Positions 1-7,922 of a stretch of DNA of 36,008 bases are shown here, one piece after another (within the stretch, counting starts at the first letter, position 1; each line of letters starts with the position of its first letter). The notes under the pieces were generated by a model. That model was not told the origin of the DNA and did not search any database. It saw only the letters and a list, made by a program, of their open reading frames with translations. The stretch lies in the UHGV virus genome UHGV-0138922; one strand, 5' to 3'. The stretch is from a virus. The translations under genes were made by a program, and so were the position numbers.

Positions 1-26
1 CGACAGAGGATAGAAAACTCGTTCAT
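1..26 (-). CDS. ycdY: 5' end of host YcdY-like gene, partial (continues beyond window start)
   Basis: Minus-strand ATG at 24-26 reads MNEFSILCR...; host-like GC content; sits directly downstream of the YcdX-like stop codon. Confidence 0.45.
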
Positions 27-49
27 TAATATATTTCCATTACTAGTAA

Positions 50-391
50 TTAAAGGTCTGCAAATTCCGCAATCGGTGCCATACCGCGAGATTCAAGGAA
101 GTTCAGTAAGCGGCGCGGAGAAACATTCAAAATGCGCTCTGGCGGAAAATCTACCGCGTCGAGGATTTTAAGACACTCTTCAAATTCACCCATGGTAAAC
201 GCGGTGTGAGAATCCGAGCCTAATGCCACCCAACCTCCAGCGTCACGTACCGCTGCGGCTACCGCACGACAATTGTCTTCACTTCCCTTACGTGAGTGTA
301 AAAAAGAGGAATTATTGATTTCCAGCGCCACCTGATGTTTCGCGGCTGCTTCAGCAACGGCTTTAACATCTATTTCATATTTCGGATTGCC
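50..391 (-). pseudogene. ycdX: 3' fragment of PHP-family phosphoesterase gene (YcdX-like), truncated at the prophage junction
   Basis: ORF-track protein from [29 protein letters not shown] through the GSDSH motif to ...PIAEFADL looks like the C-terminal ~115 aa of a PHP-domain protein; the upstream 55 codons of the 170-aa ORF are AT-rich and antisense to gene 431-700; GC content drops sharply near 392. Confidence 0.6.
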
Positions 392-430
392 TAATATCAT
401 GTACCCACAATAACACGAGAGGATACAACG

Positions 431-700
431 ATGAACATTACCAAAGCAATCCATAACTATGCTCGCCGCCGTGGAATCGAACTTCAACTCGAAGATGAGC
501 AGGTTAGATTCTGGGAGACTGAACAAGATTGTGAATGGATGTTCAGCTATTCGATTGCTCAATGTGGTTGCTTGTTCTGGAAAGGTAATGTGTATCTTCC
601 CCGCGATATTAAAGAAGAACTTCCGGCGATGATTGGCACCGATAAGAAGTTAAAGGAAGTCTTAGATTTTATCCACAAAGAGTTTATTAGCAAGAAGTAA
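431..700 (+). CDS. Hypothetical 89-aa Cys-containing protein at prophage end
   Basis: ORF with GAGAGGA ribosome-binding site about 8 nt upstream of ATG 431; followed by a hairpin terminator. Confidence 0.55.
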   Translation: MNITKAIHNYARRRGIELQLEDEQVRFWETEQDCEWMFSYSIAQCGCLFWKGNVYLPRDIKEELPAMIGTDKKLKEVLDFIHKEFISKK

Positions 701-710
701 TTTCTAATTT

Positions 711-736
711 GGTGGGTGCAATTCCCACCGCTTTTT
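711..736 (+). terminator. Rho-independent terminator
   Basis: GGTGGG-tgcaatt-CCCACC stem-loop followed by GCTTTTT. Confidence 0.6.
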
Positions 737-753
737 AAACTGGAGAATCAAAC

Positions 754-834
754 ATGTTAGCTTTTATCTCATTCGTGGGAGGTAGTCTCACAACTATGAT
801 TAGTCTTTCTTATCTTGTTGTTAGTATGGGGTGA
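754..834 (+). CDS. Candidate 26-aa hydrophobic micro-peptide (MLAFISFVGGSLTTMISLSYLVVSMG)
   Basis: ATG preceded by GGAG; its TGA stop lies within the ribosome-binding site of the next micro-ORF (possible coupling); not in the ORF track (<60 aa). Confidence 0.3.
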   Translation: MLAFISFVGGSLTTMISLSYLVVSMG

Positions 835-838
835 TCAA

Positions 839-964
839 ATGAAACAATTTCATGATGGCATTTCATCTAAGACATTCAAGAAAGAATATAGCGGATTGTG
901 TATTAACTGGATTGATTTGATTGGTGCGGTTGTGTTTGGTCTGGTAATCAGCATCAACTTTTAA
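839..964 (+). CDS. Candidate 41-aa membrane peptide (MKQFHDGISSKTFKKEYSGLCINWIDLIGAVVFGLVISINF)
   Basis: GGGGTGA ribosome-binding site 5-6 nt upstream of ATG; C-terminal hydrophobic helix; not in the ORF track. Confidence 0.4.
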   Translation: MKQFHDGISSKTFKKEYSGLCINWIDLIGAVVFGLVISINF

Positions 965-1005
965 CGATATAAATATATCGTAATTCATTCAAAGAGGATT
1001 CAATT

Positions 1006-1347
1006 ATGAAAAAGACTATCTACGCAATTATTGTTTCTGTGTGTGTTGGTGGCATCGGTGGATTTGTTTGTGGGTATGACTATTCCGATACTCAACATCA
1101 AGAGACTATCCGGTCAACTAAGGCTGAGATTAAGGATCTGAATCAGGAGATTAGCCAGTTAGAAAATGCTCTCTCACTCAAAGATAGTGAATATAGCGAG
1201 GTTTATGCAGAGAAACAAAAATATTGGAAAGAGAAAGATAATCTCGTCGTTTACGGGATGAAATTGTGTAAGAGCATGAAGGATGAGCGCAGTTGCTTAA
1301 TGGAACTTGCCCTTAAAGGTAACGTGACCATCGACTTCAAAGACTAA
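1006..1347 (+). CDS. Membrane-anchored coiled-coil protein (113 aa), accessory (moron-type) gene
   Basis: N-terminal hydrophobic segment then heptad-like region; AGAGGA ribosome-binding site; 5' region nearly identical to that of the next gene. Confidence 0.6.
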   Translation: MKKTIYAIIVSVCVGGIGGFVCGYDYSDTQHQETIRSTKAEIKDLNQEISQLENALSLKDSEYSEVYAEKQKYWKEKDNLVVYGMKLCKSMKDERSCLMELALKGNVTIDFKD

Positions 1348-1378
1348 TTAAATTCTAATAACAAGAGGAAATTCAATT

Positions 1379-1624
1379 ATGAAAAAGATTATCGCTGGTA
1401 TCGTTCTTTCTTTAGGTCTGGTTGGTGCTGCCACTGCCGATCAATATGTACAGGGTGATAGTGTTAAACGTGCAGCCGTTGTTACTTCCCTGAATCAATT
1501 GTGTAGTGAAATAGCTGTACTGGCTGGTCAACCTAATGATGAAGAACTTATTACCGCGTGTATCTGGAGTCATGTAGAGGATATTAATATTCGTGATGCT
1601 CGACTGAAAGGTAAAAAATACTAA
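1379..1624 (+). CDS. Small secreted protein (81 aa) with signal peptide
   Basis: MKKIIAGIVLSLGLVGAATA-DQ looks like a signal peptide with AxA cleavage motif; AGAGGAAA ribosome-binding site; terminator follows. Confidence 0.6.
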   Translation: MKKIIAGIVLSLGLVGAATADQYVQGDSVKRAAVVTSLNQLCSEIAVLAGQPNDEELITACIWSHVEDINIRDARLKGKKY

Positions 1625-1628
1625 TGAC

Positions 1629-1657
1629 TTACTAACCAATGCCCCTATCGTTATAAT
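1629..1657 (+). promoter_or_regulatory. Candidate integrase promoter (TTACTA-N17-TATAAT) embedded in the terminator
   Basis: -10 TATAAT lies in the loop of the 1641-1670 hairpin, 33 nt upstream of the integrase ATG. Confidence 0.3.
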
Positions 1658-1677
1658 ACGCGGTAGGGGCTTTTTTG
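1641..1677 (+). terminator. Rho-independent terminator
   Basis: GCCCCTA...TAGGGGC stem followed by TTTTTTGTTT. Confidence 0.6.
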
Positions 1678-1689
1678 TTTGGAAATGGT

Positions 1690-3369
1690 ATGAAAACTAA
1701 ACTGTATTCGTATATTCGCTTCTCGTCTATGCGTCAGAATGATGGTTCGAGTTATGAACGACAAATCAGGATGGCTAGAGAGATTGCGGCAAAGTATGAC
1801 CTTGAACTGGTAAATGATTATCAGGATCTGGGTGTATCTGCGTTTAAGGGTGCTAACTCTAAAACAGGGGCGCTATCTCGTTTCCTTGATGCAATTGGTA
1901 GATCCGTTCCTGTTGGTAGCTGGCTATTCATCGAAAACTTGGACCGTTTATCCCGTGCCGATATTGTCAGTGCGCAGGAGTTATTCCTTTCAATCATCCG
2001 TAGGGGAATAACCATTGTTACTGGCATGGATAACAAGATCTACTCGCTGGATACTGTTACCGCTAATCCGATGGACCTGATGTTCTCCATCCTTTTATTC
2101 ATCCGTGGTAATGAGGAAAGCCAGACTAAGCGCAATCGTACTAACTCAAGCGCACTGATTAAGATTAAAGCCCATCAAGAAAATCCCCAGAATCCGGCAG
2201 TGGCAATCGAGGAAGTTGGAAAGAATATGTGGTGGACGGATACCACTTCCGGTTATGTGCTGCCTCATCCGGTGTACTTCCCTGTTGTTCAGGAGATTGT
2301 GGAATTACGGAAGAATGGACGTTCAACCGCCGAAATACTGGATCACCTTAACGAGACTTATACACCGCCACCAGCGGTTAGCAACAAGAAGCATTCAAAA
2401 TGGTCACGGGCAATGGTTGAAAGGTTGTTTCATACCCGCGCTTTGATTGGTATCAAGGAGGTCTCTGTAGATGGCGTTAACTATGAGTTAAAGGATTATT
2501 ACCCTCGTGTTATTGATGACCCTACGTTCTATCACCTTAAGAAAAATATTGGTGCTAGAGCATGGAACTTCGGAGACAAGGAAGAAGTTAAACCGATCCC
2601 CCTGCTTAGTGGTATTGGCCTATTGAAATGTGATCATTGCGGTTGCGCTATGGTTAAAGTGAAGGGAACGAACAAACGTTCTGACCAGTATCGTTATACA
2701 TGTGATGCGACCCGTTCACGTAGACTTGATTGCGAGCATCCAAACTGGAGTTTTCGAGGTGATCAATTAGAGAAAGCTGTATTGCAATTGCTGGCTGATA
2801 AAATCTGGATTGCTGAGGACAAGGCTAATCCGGTTCCGGCGTTGAAAGTACAGGTTGATGAAATATCACGCAAGATTGATAACCTGATTGCCCTTTCTGC
2901 TATGACAGGAGCAACGAAGGAGCTAGCCGATCAGATTACTACCCTCAATAGCGAGCGTGAAACACTCTACAATCAGATCAAGATGGCAGAAGAGGAAATG
3001 TATTCTGTTGACTCTCAAGGCTGGGAGAAGCTCGCAGAATTTGATTTAGAAGATGTTTACAACGAGGAACGACTAAAGGTCCGGTTTAAGATTAAGCAAG
3101 CTCTAAAGCGGATCGGGTGTAGCAGGATTGACAGAAACAAAAACTTGTTTGTACTGGAATACATCGATGGAAAGACCCAGAGAGTTGTAATAGAAAATTC
3201 AAGAGGAACGAGGAAAGGACAAATCTTTGTCGATTTGAAAACTATCAATGATAGGCAGATTCTGGAGAGTAACGGGCTTGTTCTGCATCCATGTTTAGAC
3301 ATGCTGACAGATAAGAACTGGAAACCAGAAGAGGAAATACCAGGTCCATTACAGGAATTTGGAATTTAA
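1690..3369 (+). CDS. Large serine recombinase (phage integrase)
   Basis: N-terminal resolvase-type catalytic motif YSYIRFSSMRQ; long recombinase domain; Cys-rich zinc-ribbon (CDHCGC...YRYTCD...C) and C-terminal coiled coil; ATG 1690 is the likely start (track start 1675 is TTG). Confidence 0.88.
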   Translation: MKTKLYSYIRFSSMRQNDGSSYERQIRMAREIAAKYDLELVNDYQDLGVSAFKGANSKTGALSRFLDAIGRSVPVGSWLFIENLDRLSRADIVSAQELFLSIIRRGITIVTGMDNKIYSLDTVTANPMDLMFSILLFIRGNEESQTKRNRTNSSALIKIKAHQENPQNPAVAIEEVGKNMWWTDTTSGYVLPHPVYFPVVQEIVELRKNGRSTAEILDHLNETYTPPPAVSNKKHSKWSRAMVERLFHTRALIGIKEVSVDGVNYELKDYYPRVIDDPTFYHLKKNIGARAWNFGDKEEVKPIPLLSGIGLLKCDHCGCAMVKVKGTNKRSDQYRYTCDATRSRRLDCEHPNWSFRGDQLEKAVLQLLADKIWIAEDKANPVPALKVQVDEISRKIDNLIALSAMTGATKELADQITTLNSERETLYNQIKMAEEEMYSVDSQGWEKLAEFDLEDVYNEERLKVRFKIKQALKRIGCSRIDRNKNLFVLEYIDGKTQRVVIENSRGTRKGQIFVDLKTINDRQILESNGLVLHPCLDMLTDKNWKPEEEIPGPLQEFGI

Positions 3370-3405
3370 GCGGCCTAAATCGACGTATAACGAGCTAAAA
3401 CAGTT

Positions 3406-3432
3406 AAGGGGTACTTCGTACCCCTTTTTAAT
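3406..3432. terminator. Bidirectional hairpin terminator between convergent genes
   Basis: AAGGGGTAC-ttcg-GTACCCCTT palindrome flanked by A-run and T-run. Confidence 0.6.
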
Positions 3433-3441
3433 TTAATTGCG

Positions 3442-4617
3442 TTAGAGAGCCTCTAAGAGAGTATTAAAGTATTCATCCATTAAATCAGGACTGTCGTCAT
3501 CAATACAGAAAAATTCCGGTTTATTGATGCCGTAGAAGTGAGTATGTAGCTTGAATGTATCGTCATCAAATACATCTTTCGGGGATACCCACATATTAGC
3601 CTCGTCCGGTTGATTGGTTAGGTAGTCATAAACCAGTTGCTGTAAGTGTGGTAACTCATCAATAGTCAGAGTTTCCGACCATCCATCCTTGAAATCTTTG
3701 TAGGGTGCTGCATGAGTCTTGAAGCGTTGTTTTACTTCATGCTCTAAATCAACGGCTTTCCAACCATCCTCAAACTCATGAGTAAAGATTAATCTGTGAG
3801 TGAAGTTGCTCTTTCTGGTTTGCTCTCTCATTCGTTCTTCTGGTTTCCGGGTAGTGATTCCAAATTTAATAAATTTGTCATCTAATAATTGAATGTAGAA
3901 ACTAGCCTTACCCTGATAAGTCCGGTTAGACAGTTGCACCAGTTGGTCTTTAATGCAAAGCGGACAAGTGAAAGAATCAGCACATCTTAAATGAGATTCC
4001 CATTCGTGGTTATGTGTCTTGCAATAGGTTTTAAATTTAACATCCTTTAGGTGTGGGGTGTTTATGATGAATCCTTTGAAGGTGTAAGGCGTACTCTCGC
4101 AACGTGCATTGATGATTGTCTCTTTGTCCTTAATAACTTCATCAAAAGTCTTGCCACTTCTTACCCGTTGGGATTTTTCAGCCATACAGATTTTGCAATC
4201 AAAATCGAAATCATCTTTGAGTGCATGTAATAGAGATGGCGTCATGATTTGATTGTGTTCAGGGCACAAAACACGGGCTTTCGTTCTATTTCGCCCTTTC
4301 CATTCTCCTTGCCATCCGAGGAATTTCTTTCCCTTCTCATTACAACGAGATTCCATTTTCAACCATACAGCCTTTTCAGTCTGGAATAACTCACCCCCGT
4401 TAGTATCTTCCAGTTTGCGTAATTTGTAGTCCTTATATTCTTGTGTATCTAAATTGTAGATTCGAAAGTAAGTGTGATTACCCTTCCACGGTAGGATAAA
4501 TCCACCAAATACGAAAGCAGGTTCCAGTTTAGCGATGATTCGTTGTTGGTACTCTTCCGGCGATAAACCGCGAGTTTTCTTAACAAAAGGAATTTCGGCA
4601 GCGTAAGCAAGTTTCAT
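3442..4617 (-). CDS. Zn-ribbon + GIY-YIG (T5orf172-like) nuclease-domain protein, 391 aa
   Basis: GIY-YIG-like motifs SFYIQ...KFGITTR...E; several CxxC pairs; start moved to the internal ATG at 4617, which has an AGAGGAAA ribosome-binding site (track start 4728 lacks one). Confidence 0.6.
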   Translation of the reverse strand: MKLAYAAEIPFVKKTRGLSPEEYQQRIIAKLEPAFVFGGFILPWKGNHTYFRIYNLDTQEYKDYKLRKLEDTNGGELFQTEKAVWLKMESRCNEKGKKFLGWQGEWKGRNRTKARVLCPEHNQIMTPSLLHALKDDFDFDCKICMAEKSQRVRSGKTFDEVIKDKETIINARCESTPYTFKGFIINTPHLKDVKFKTYCKTHNHEWESHLRCADSFTCPLCIKDQLVQLSNRTYQGKASFYIQLLDDKFIKFGITTRKPEERMREQTRKSNFTHRLIFTHEFEDGWKAVDLEHEVKQRFKTHAAPYKDFKDGWSETLTIDELPHLQQLVYDYLTNQPDEANMWVSPKDVFDDDTFKLHTHFYGINKPEFFCIDDDSPDLMDEYFNTLLEAL

Positions 4618-4676
4618 AGTAGTTTCCTCTAAAATAATAAGCTCACTACTATTTATTAGAGAAAATTGTCTTACTA

Positions 4677-4704
4677 TTGCATTCTCTATCTGAATGTGTA
4701 TAAT
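4677..4704 (+). promoter_or_regulatory. Sigma70-like promoter (TTGCAT-N16-TATAAT)
   Basis: Hexamers read directly from sequence, about 65 nt upstream of gene 4772. Confidence 0.45.
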
Positions 4705-4771
4705 ACGCGACCCTAAATCCCAAACCAACCATATTGAGGTTATGCCTATAAGTTAAAAAAGTGAGGTCTAT

Positions 4772-5341
4772 ATGATTCCAGTAATGGCTAAAGATATTGT
4801 TTTTACTCCTAAATCCTCCCGTGCTGTAACTCCATCGGCATTAGAACAACGCATTCTGACTCACATCAAAGAGAAGGACTTACCGTTAGTCTTTCATGGC
4901 TTTCTGGGTGAGTTTAAAGGGCTTCATTCAAGAATTGCTCTTACATGTACCCGATGCGGCAATAGAGCCGACAAATCAGCTACCAACCTGCTTAATGAAG
5001 GTAAACGCTGTGCATGTCTCAAAAGTGATTACTTTCAATATAAAGCGGGTGTGCCTTATCTCTATGTAATGAAATCAGGGGATATTGGTAAATTTGGTGT
5101 TACAAAGTCAATCATCAAGCGACGCATTAATCTGGGTGTACGCAATCCCGGTCATAACTTTGATATTGTCTTTGCTGGTGAAATGCCATCAATGAAACAT
5201 GCTTTAGCCACTGAAAGAGCAATAAAGAGATTACTGGATGTGGGTATAGGCGGGATTGAATACGGCAAAACTGAAACATTCCACTACTGCAATAAATCAC
5301 TAAACAATATAAAGAATATTGCAAGTGTGGAGTGGAACTAA
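4772..5341 (+). CDS. Zn-ribbon + GIY-YIG nuclease-like protein (189 aa), paralog of 3442-4617
   Basis: CxxC...CxC then PYLYVMKSGDIGKFGVTKS...R...E (GIY-YIG spacing); collinear similarity to the 391-aa protein. Confidence 0.65.
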   Translation: MIPVMAKDIVFTPKSSRAVTPSALEQRILTHIKEKDLPLVFHGFLGEFKGLHSRIALTCTRCGNRADKSATNLLNEGKRCACLKSDYFQYKAGVPYLYVMKSGDIGKFGVTKSIIKRRINLGVRNPGHNFDIVFAGEMPSMKHALATERAIKRLLDVGIGGIEYGKTETFHYCNKSLNNIKNIASVEWN

Positions 5342-6831
5342 TGCAAGATATTAAAATTCATTTTCAAGATTACAGTTTCGTTAAGGTTGATTGCTCTCCT
5401 TCTATCGGAATGGAATTAAGAGATTATTTCTCGTTTGAGGTTGAAGGGGCTAGATTTAGCCCCCGTTACAAGTATTCCGGCTGGGATGGAAAGATAAGAC
5501 TGTTTACGCATGAAAATACCTTGCCAATCGGATTATTGAAAACATTAGGTATCTTCGCTAAAAACATGGGCTATAGCGTATGGGTAGACCCCAGATTGCT
5601 TGAGAAGGAAGATGTAACCAAAGAATCAATTGATTCATGGATTGACTCTTTAGAAGTGTATTCCGGTAGCAATAAAATCAATCCTTACTGGTATCAAAGG
5701 GAGGCAGTATTTCAGGGTATCCATAATCGCCGTAGAATGCTGGTTCTTCCTACCAGTGCCGGAAAGTCATTGATTGCTTGTATGCTGTCTCGTTGGTACT
5801 TAGAGAACTACACCGGAAAGATTCTAATCATTGTCCCGACTACATCGCTGGTGGTTCAAATGAGGGATGATTTTGTCGATTATAGGCTATTCCCTTATGA
5901 AGCAATCCATACAATGATGAGTGGTAGCGGGAAACATCCGGGAGACAGGTTAATCACTGTTTCAACCTGGCAATCAGCTTGCAAGATGCCTCCTGAATGG
6001 TTCCGACAATATGGAATGTTGATAGTTGATGAATCACATCGCGCTAGTGCAAAGAATATCACCAATATCATCAACGGAATGAATCACTGTCAATTCAAGA
6101 TTGGTATGACTGGTTCCCCGAAAGAATCAAAGTGCCATCTCATGCAGTATGTCGGGTTGTTCGGTGATATTCAGAAGATAGTAGCAATCAAGCAATTGAT
6201 GGATGACGGACAAGTTACCCAGCTTAAAATTAATGCTCTCTTCCTTAAGTACAAAGATGAAGAATGTAAAGCAATGCGGGGCAAAGATTATCAGGAAGAG
6301 ATTAAATTCATCAATGCTCATAAGGTAAGGAATAAACTGGCTTGTAATTTGGCCTTAAAACTCGCCAGGAAGCAAGAAAACGTATTTTTGATGTTCCGGT
6401 ACTCTAAGCATGGAAAAATGCTTTATAATGCATTACAGCGCGTTTACGATAAGGTTTATTACGTTTCCAGTGAGATTACCACCGCCGAACGCGATGCCTT
6501 AAAGAAAATGGCTGAAAATGAGAAAGGATTGATTGTAGTTGCTAGCTATGGTGTTTTCTCTACTGGCGTTTCAATTAAGAATCTTCATCATGTTATTTTT
6601 GGTCATCCGGTGAAAGAATCGACCATTGTCCGGCAATCAATAGGACGTGCTCTTAGGAAACATGGTAGTAAGGCAATTGCTGTTGTATGGGATTTGATAG
6701 ATGTGATTTGTTCGAAAGACAAGAAAGGAAAATATACACGCAAGAATTATGCTTTAACTCATGGCCTCCAGAGAATCAATACTTACATATCAGATCGCTT
6801 CGAATATGCCACGAAAACAATCGAGATTTAA
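5341..6831 (+). CDS. uvsW: T4 UvsW-like SF2 (DExH) DNA helicase
   Basis: Walker A LPTSAGKS, motif II LIVDESH, motif III MTGSP, motif VI IGRALRKHG; N-terminal region MQDIKIHFQDYSFVKVDC...WDGKIRLF resembles the UvsW N-terminus as I recall it; ATG overlaps the upstream stop (TAATG); track alternative start is GTG 5332. Confidence 0.82.
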   Translation: MQDIKIHFQDYSFVKVDCSPSIGMELRDYFSFEVEGARFSPRYKYSGWDGKIRLFTHENTLPIGLLKTLGIFAKNMGYSVWVDPRLLEKEDVTKESIDSWIDSLEVYSGSNKINPYWYQREAVFQGIHNRRRMLVLPTSAGKSLIACMLSRWYLENYTGKILIIVPTTSLVVQMRDDFVDYRLFPYEAIHTMMSGSGKHPGDRLITVSTWQSACKMPPEWFRQYGMLIVDESHRASAKNITNIINGMNHCQFKIGMTGSPKESKCHLMQYVGLFGDIQKIVAIKQLMDDGQVTQLKINALFLKYKDEECKAMRGKDYQEEIKFINAHKVRNKLACNLALKLARKQENVFLMFRYSKHGKMLYNALQRVYDKVYYVSSEITTAERDALKKMAENEKGLIVVASYGVFSTGVSIKNLHHVIFGHPVKESTIVRQSIGRALRKHGSKAIAVVWDLIDVICSKDKKGKYTRKNYALTHGLQRINTYISDRFEYATKTIEI

Positions 6832-6836
6832 TAAAT

Positions 6837-6854
6837 AGGGGCTTTAATGCCCCT
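6837..6854 (+). terminator. Hairpin (AGGGGC-tttaat-GCCCCT), weak terminator or attenuator
   Basis: Stem-loop immediately after the helicase stop, followed by a T-rich tract. Confidence 0.35.
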
Positions 6855-6876
6855 TTATTCTACGGAGATTAAAAAA

Positions 6877-7128
6877 ATGATTAGCTTTAAACGTTTTTTG
6901 GTTGAGGCCGCGATCGACGGTTTCATGAGTAAGATTTATTCTTGTAATACTATCGAGGGATTAAATGAACTTGAGGCATATTATGAGAAGCGCAAGAAAG
7001 AAACAGAATTGAAACCTGCTGATGATATTTCGATCCGTGATGCCATCGCCGGACGACGCAAGCAACTGGAAGCGGAGAACGAGCCGGAAGACGATTTTTC
7101 TATCATCAATTTGTGCCAGATAAAATAA
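6877..7128 (+). CDS. Small acidic protein (83 aa)
   Basis: GGAG about 10 nt upstream of ATG 6877 (track start 6847 lacks a ribosome-binding site); followed by a strong terminator. Confidence 0.5.
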   Translation: MISFKRFLVEAAIDGFMSKIYSCNTIEGLNELEAYYEKRKKETELKPADDISIRDAIAGRRKQLEAENEPEDDFSIINLCQIK

Positions 7129-7130
7129 AA

Positions 7131-7153
7131 GCGCCCTTGTGAGGCGCTTTTTT
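7131..7153. terminator. Rho-independent terminator (usable from both strands)
   Basis: GCGCC-cttgtga-GGCGC then TTTTTTT; A-run on the other side. Confidence 0.7.
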
Positions 7154-7173
7154 TGTTATATGTGAATTGATGA

Positions 7174-7527
7174 TCAGCCATTCCATCGAGATTTTTTCGA
7201 CCTGCTATCAATATGCGTAAAGGTTTTATATTTGCCTAAGCCGTATTGAGTAGGATATTTCCCATCAAGATAAGCATGGACAATATCAGGGGAGACACCC
7301 TTGATCACAATGTCAGCCGCACGGCCTCGAACGTGATAGCTGTTGGTTGCACCGCCTACATTCTTGTTATGAGTCGGACAACGGTTCCCACTGTTAATAA
7401 TTACTGGTTTCCCGAAGTGCTCTCGTACATCCTCAAGAATTACCAGTAATTCAGCGTCGATTGTATCATAATCACATTTTCCGCATTTACATTTAAATTC
7501 CTTGCGAGAAAAATGTTTGCTTAACAT
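7174..7527 (-). CDS. Peptidase M15-family (zinc D,D/L,D-peptidase), candidate endolysin
   Basis: SRKEF...CKCGKC...NSGNRCP...SYHVRGRAADI...HID motif pattern typical of Peptidase_M15_3; GGGGGT ribosome-binding site. Confidence 0.7.
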   Translation of the reverse strand: MLSKHFSRKEFKCKCGKCDYDTIDAELLVILEDVREHFGKPVIINSGNRCPTHNKNVGGATNSYHVRGRAADIVIKGVSPDIVHAYLDGKYPTQYGLGKYKTFTHIDSRSKKSRWNG

Positions 7528-7536
7528 ATTACCCCC

Positions 7537-7884
7537 TTAGATCATTTCGAAGATATAACCAATAAAGCGCATACCCTTGATATAATAAGGAGCAGTGCCT
7601 ACACACACCGCGCGTGCATCACCCAGACAGTTAAAGCTATAAGGATTAACTACATCGACTTCTTGCCCTACACGAAAACGATATTTAGGACGTTTAGCCA
7701 ATGTAGCGACACAAAACACGGTCCCTTTTTCATGATCGCGGATACATTCTTTATATTGTTTATGTTTAACTCTCTTCGCCTCAAAATCATGTGTCATGGA
7801 TTCTGGGCTAATGCCATTAATAAAAATACCGGAAAGCTGGTCGACCGGATAAGTAGGAAATTCAGTGAAAATATTTTTAGCCAT
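7537..7884 (-). CDS. Hypothetical protein (115 aa)
   Basis: ORF in the operon, tightly spaced to the peptidase gene. Confidence 0.5.
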   Translation of the reverse strand: MAKNIFTEFPTYPVDQLSGIFINGISPESMTHDFEAKRVKHKQYKECIRDHEKGTVFCVATLAKRPKYRFRVGQEVDVVNPYSFNCLGDARAVCVGTAPYYIKGMRFIGYIFEMI

Positions 7885-7922
7885 GTTATACCCCCATAAG
7901 ATTCTATGAGGGTATTTATGGA

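Noticed and set aside
392-562. N-terminal 55 codons of the 170-aa ORF (50-562) that fuse phage-side sequence to the YcdX-like fragment
   Set aside because: AT-rich, antisense to gene 431-700, and the PHP domain would lack its N-terminal metal-binding half; most likely an accidental open frame across the junction.
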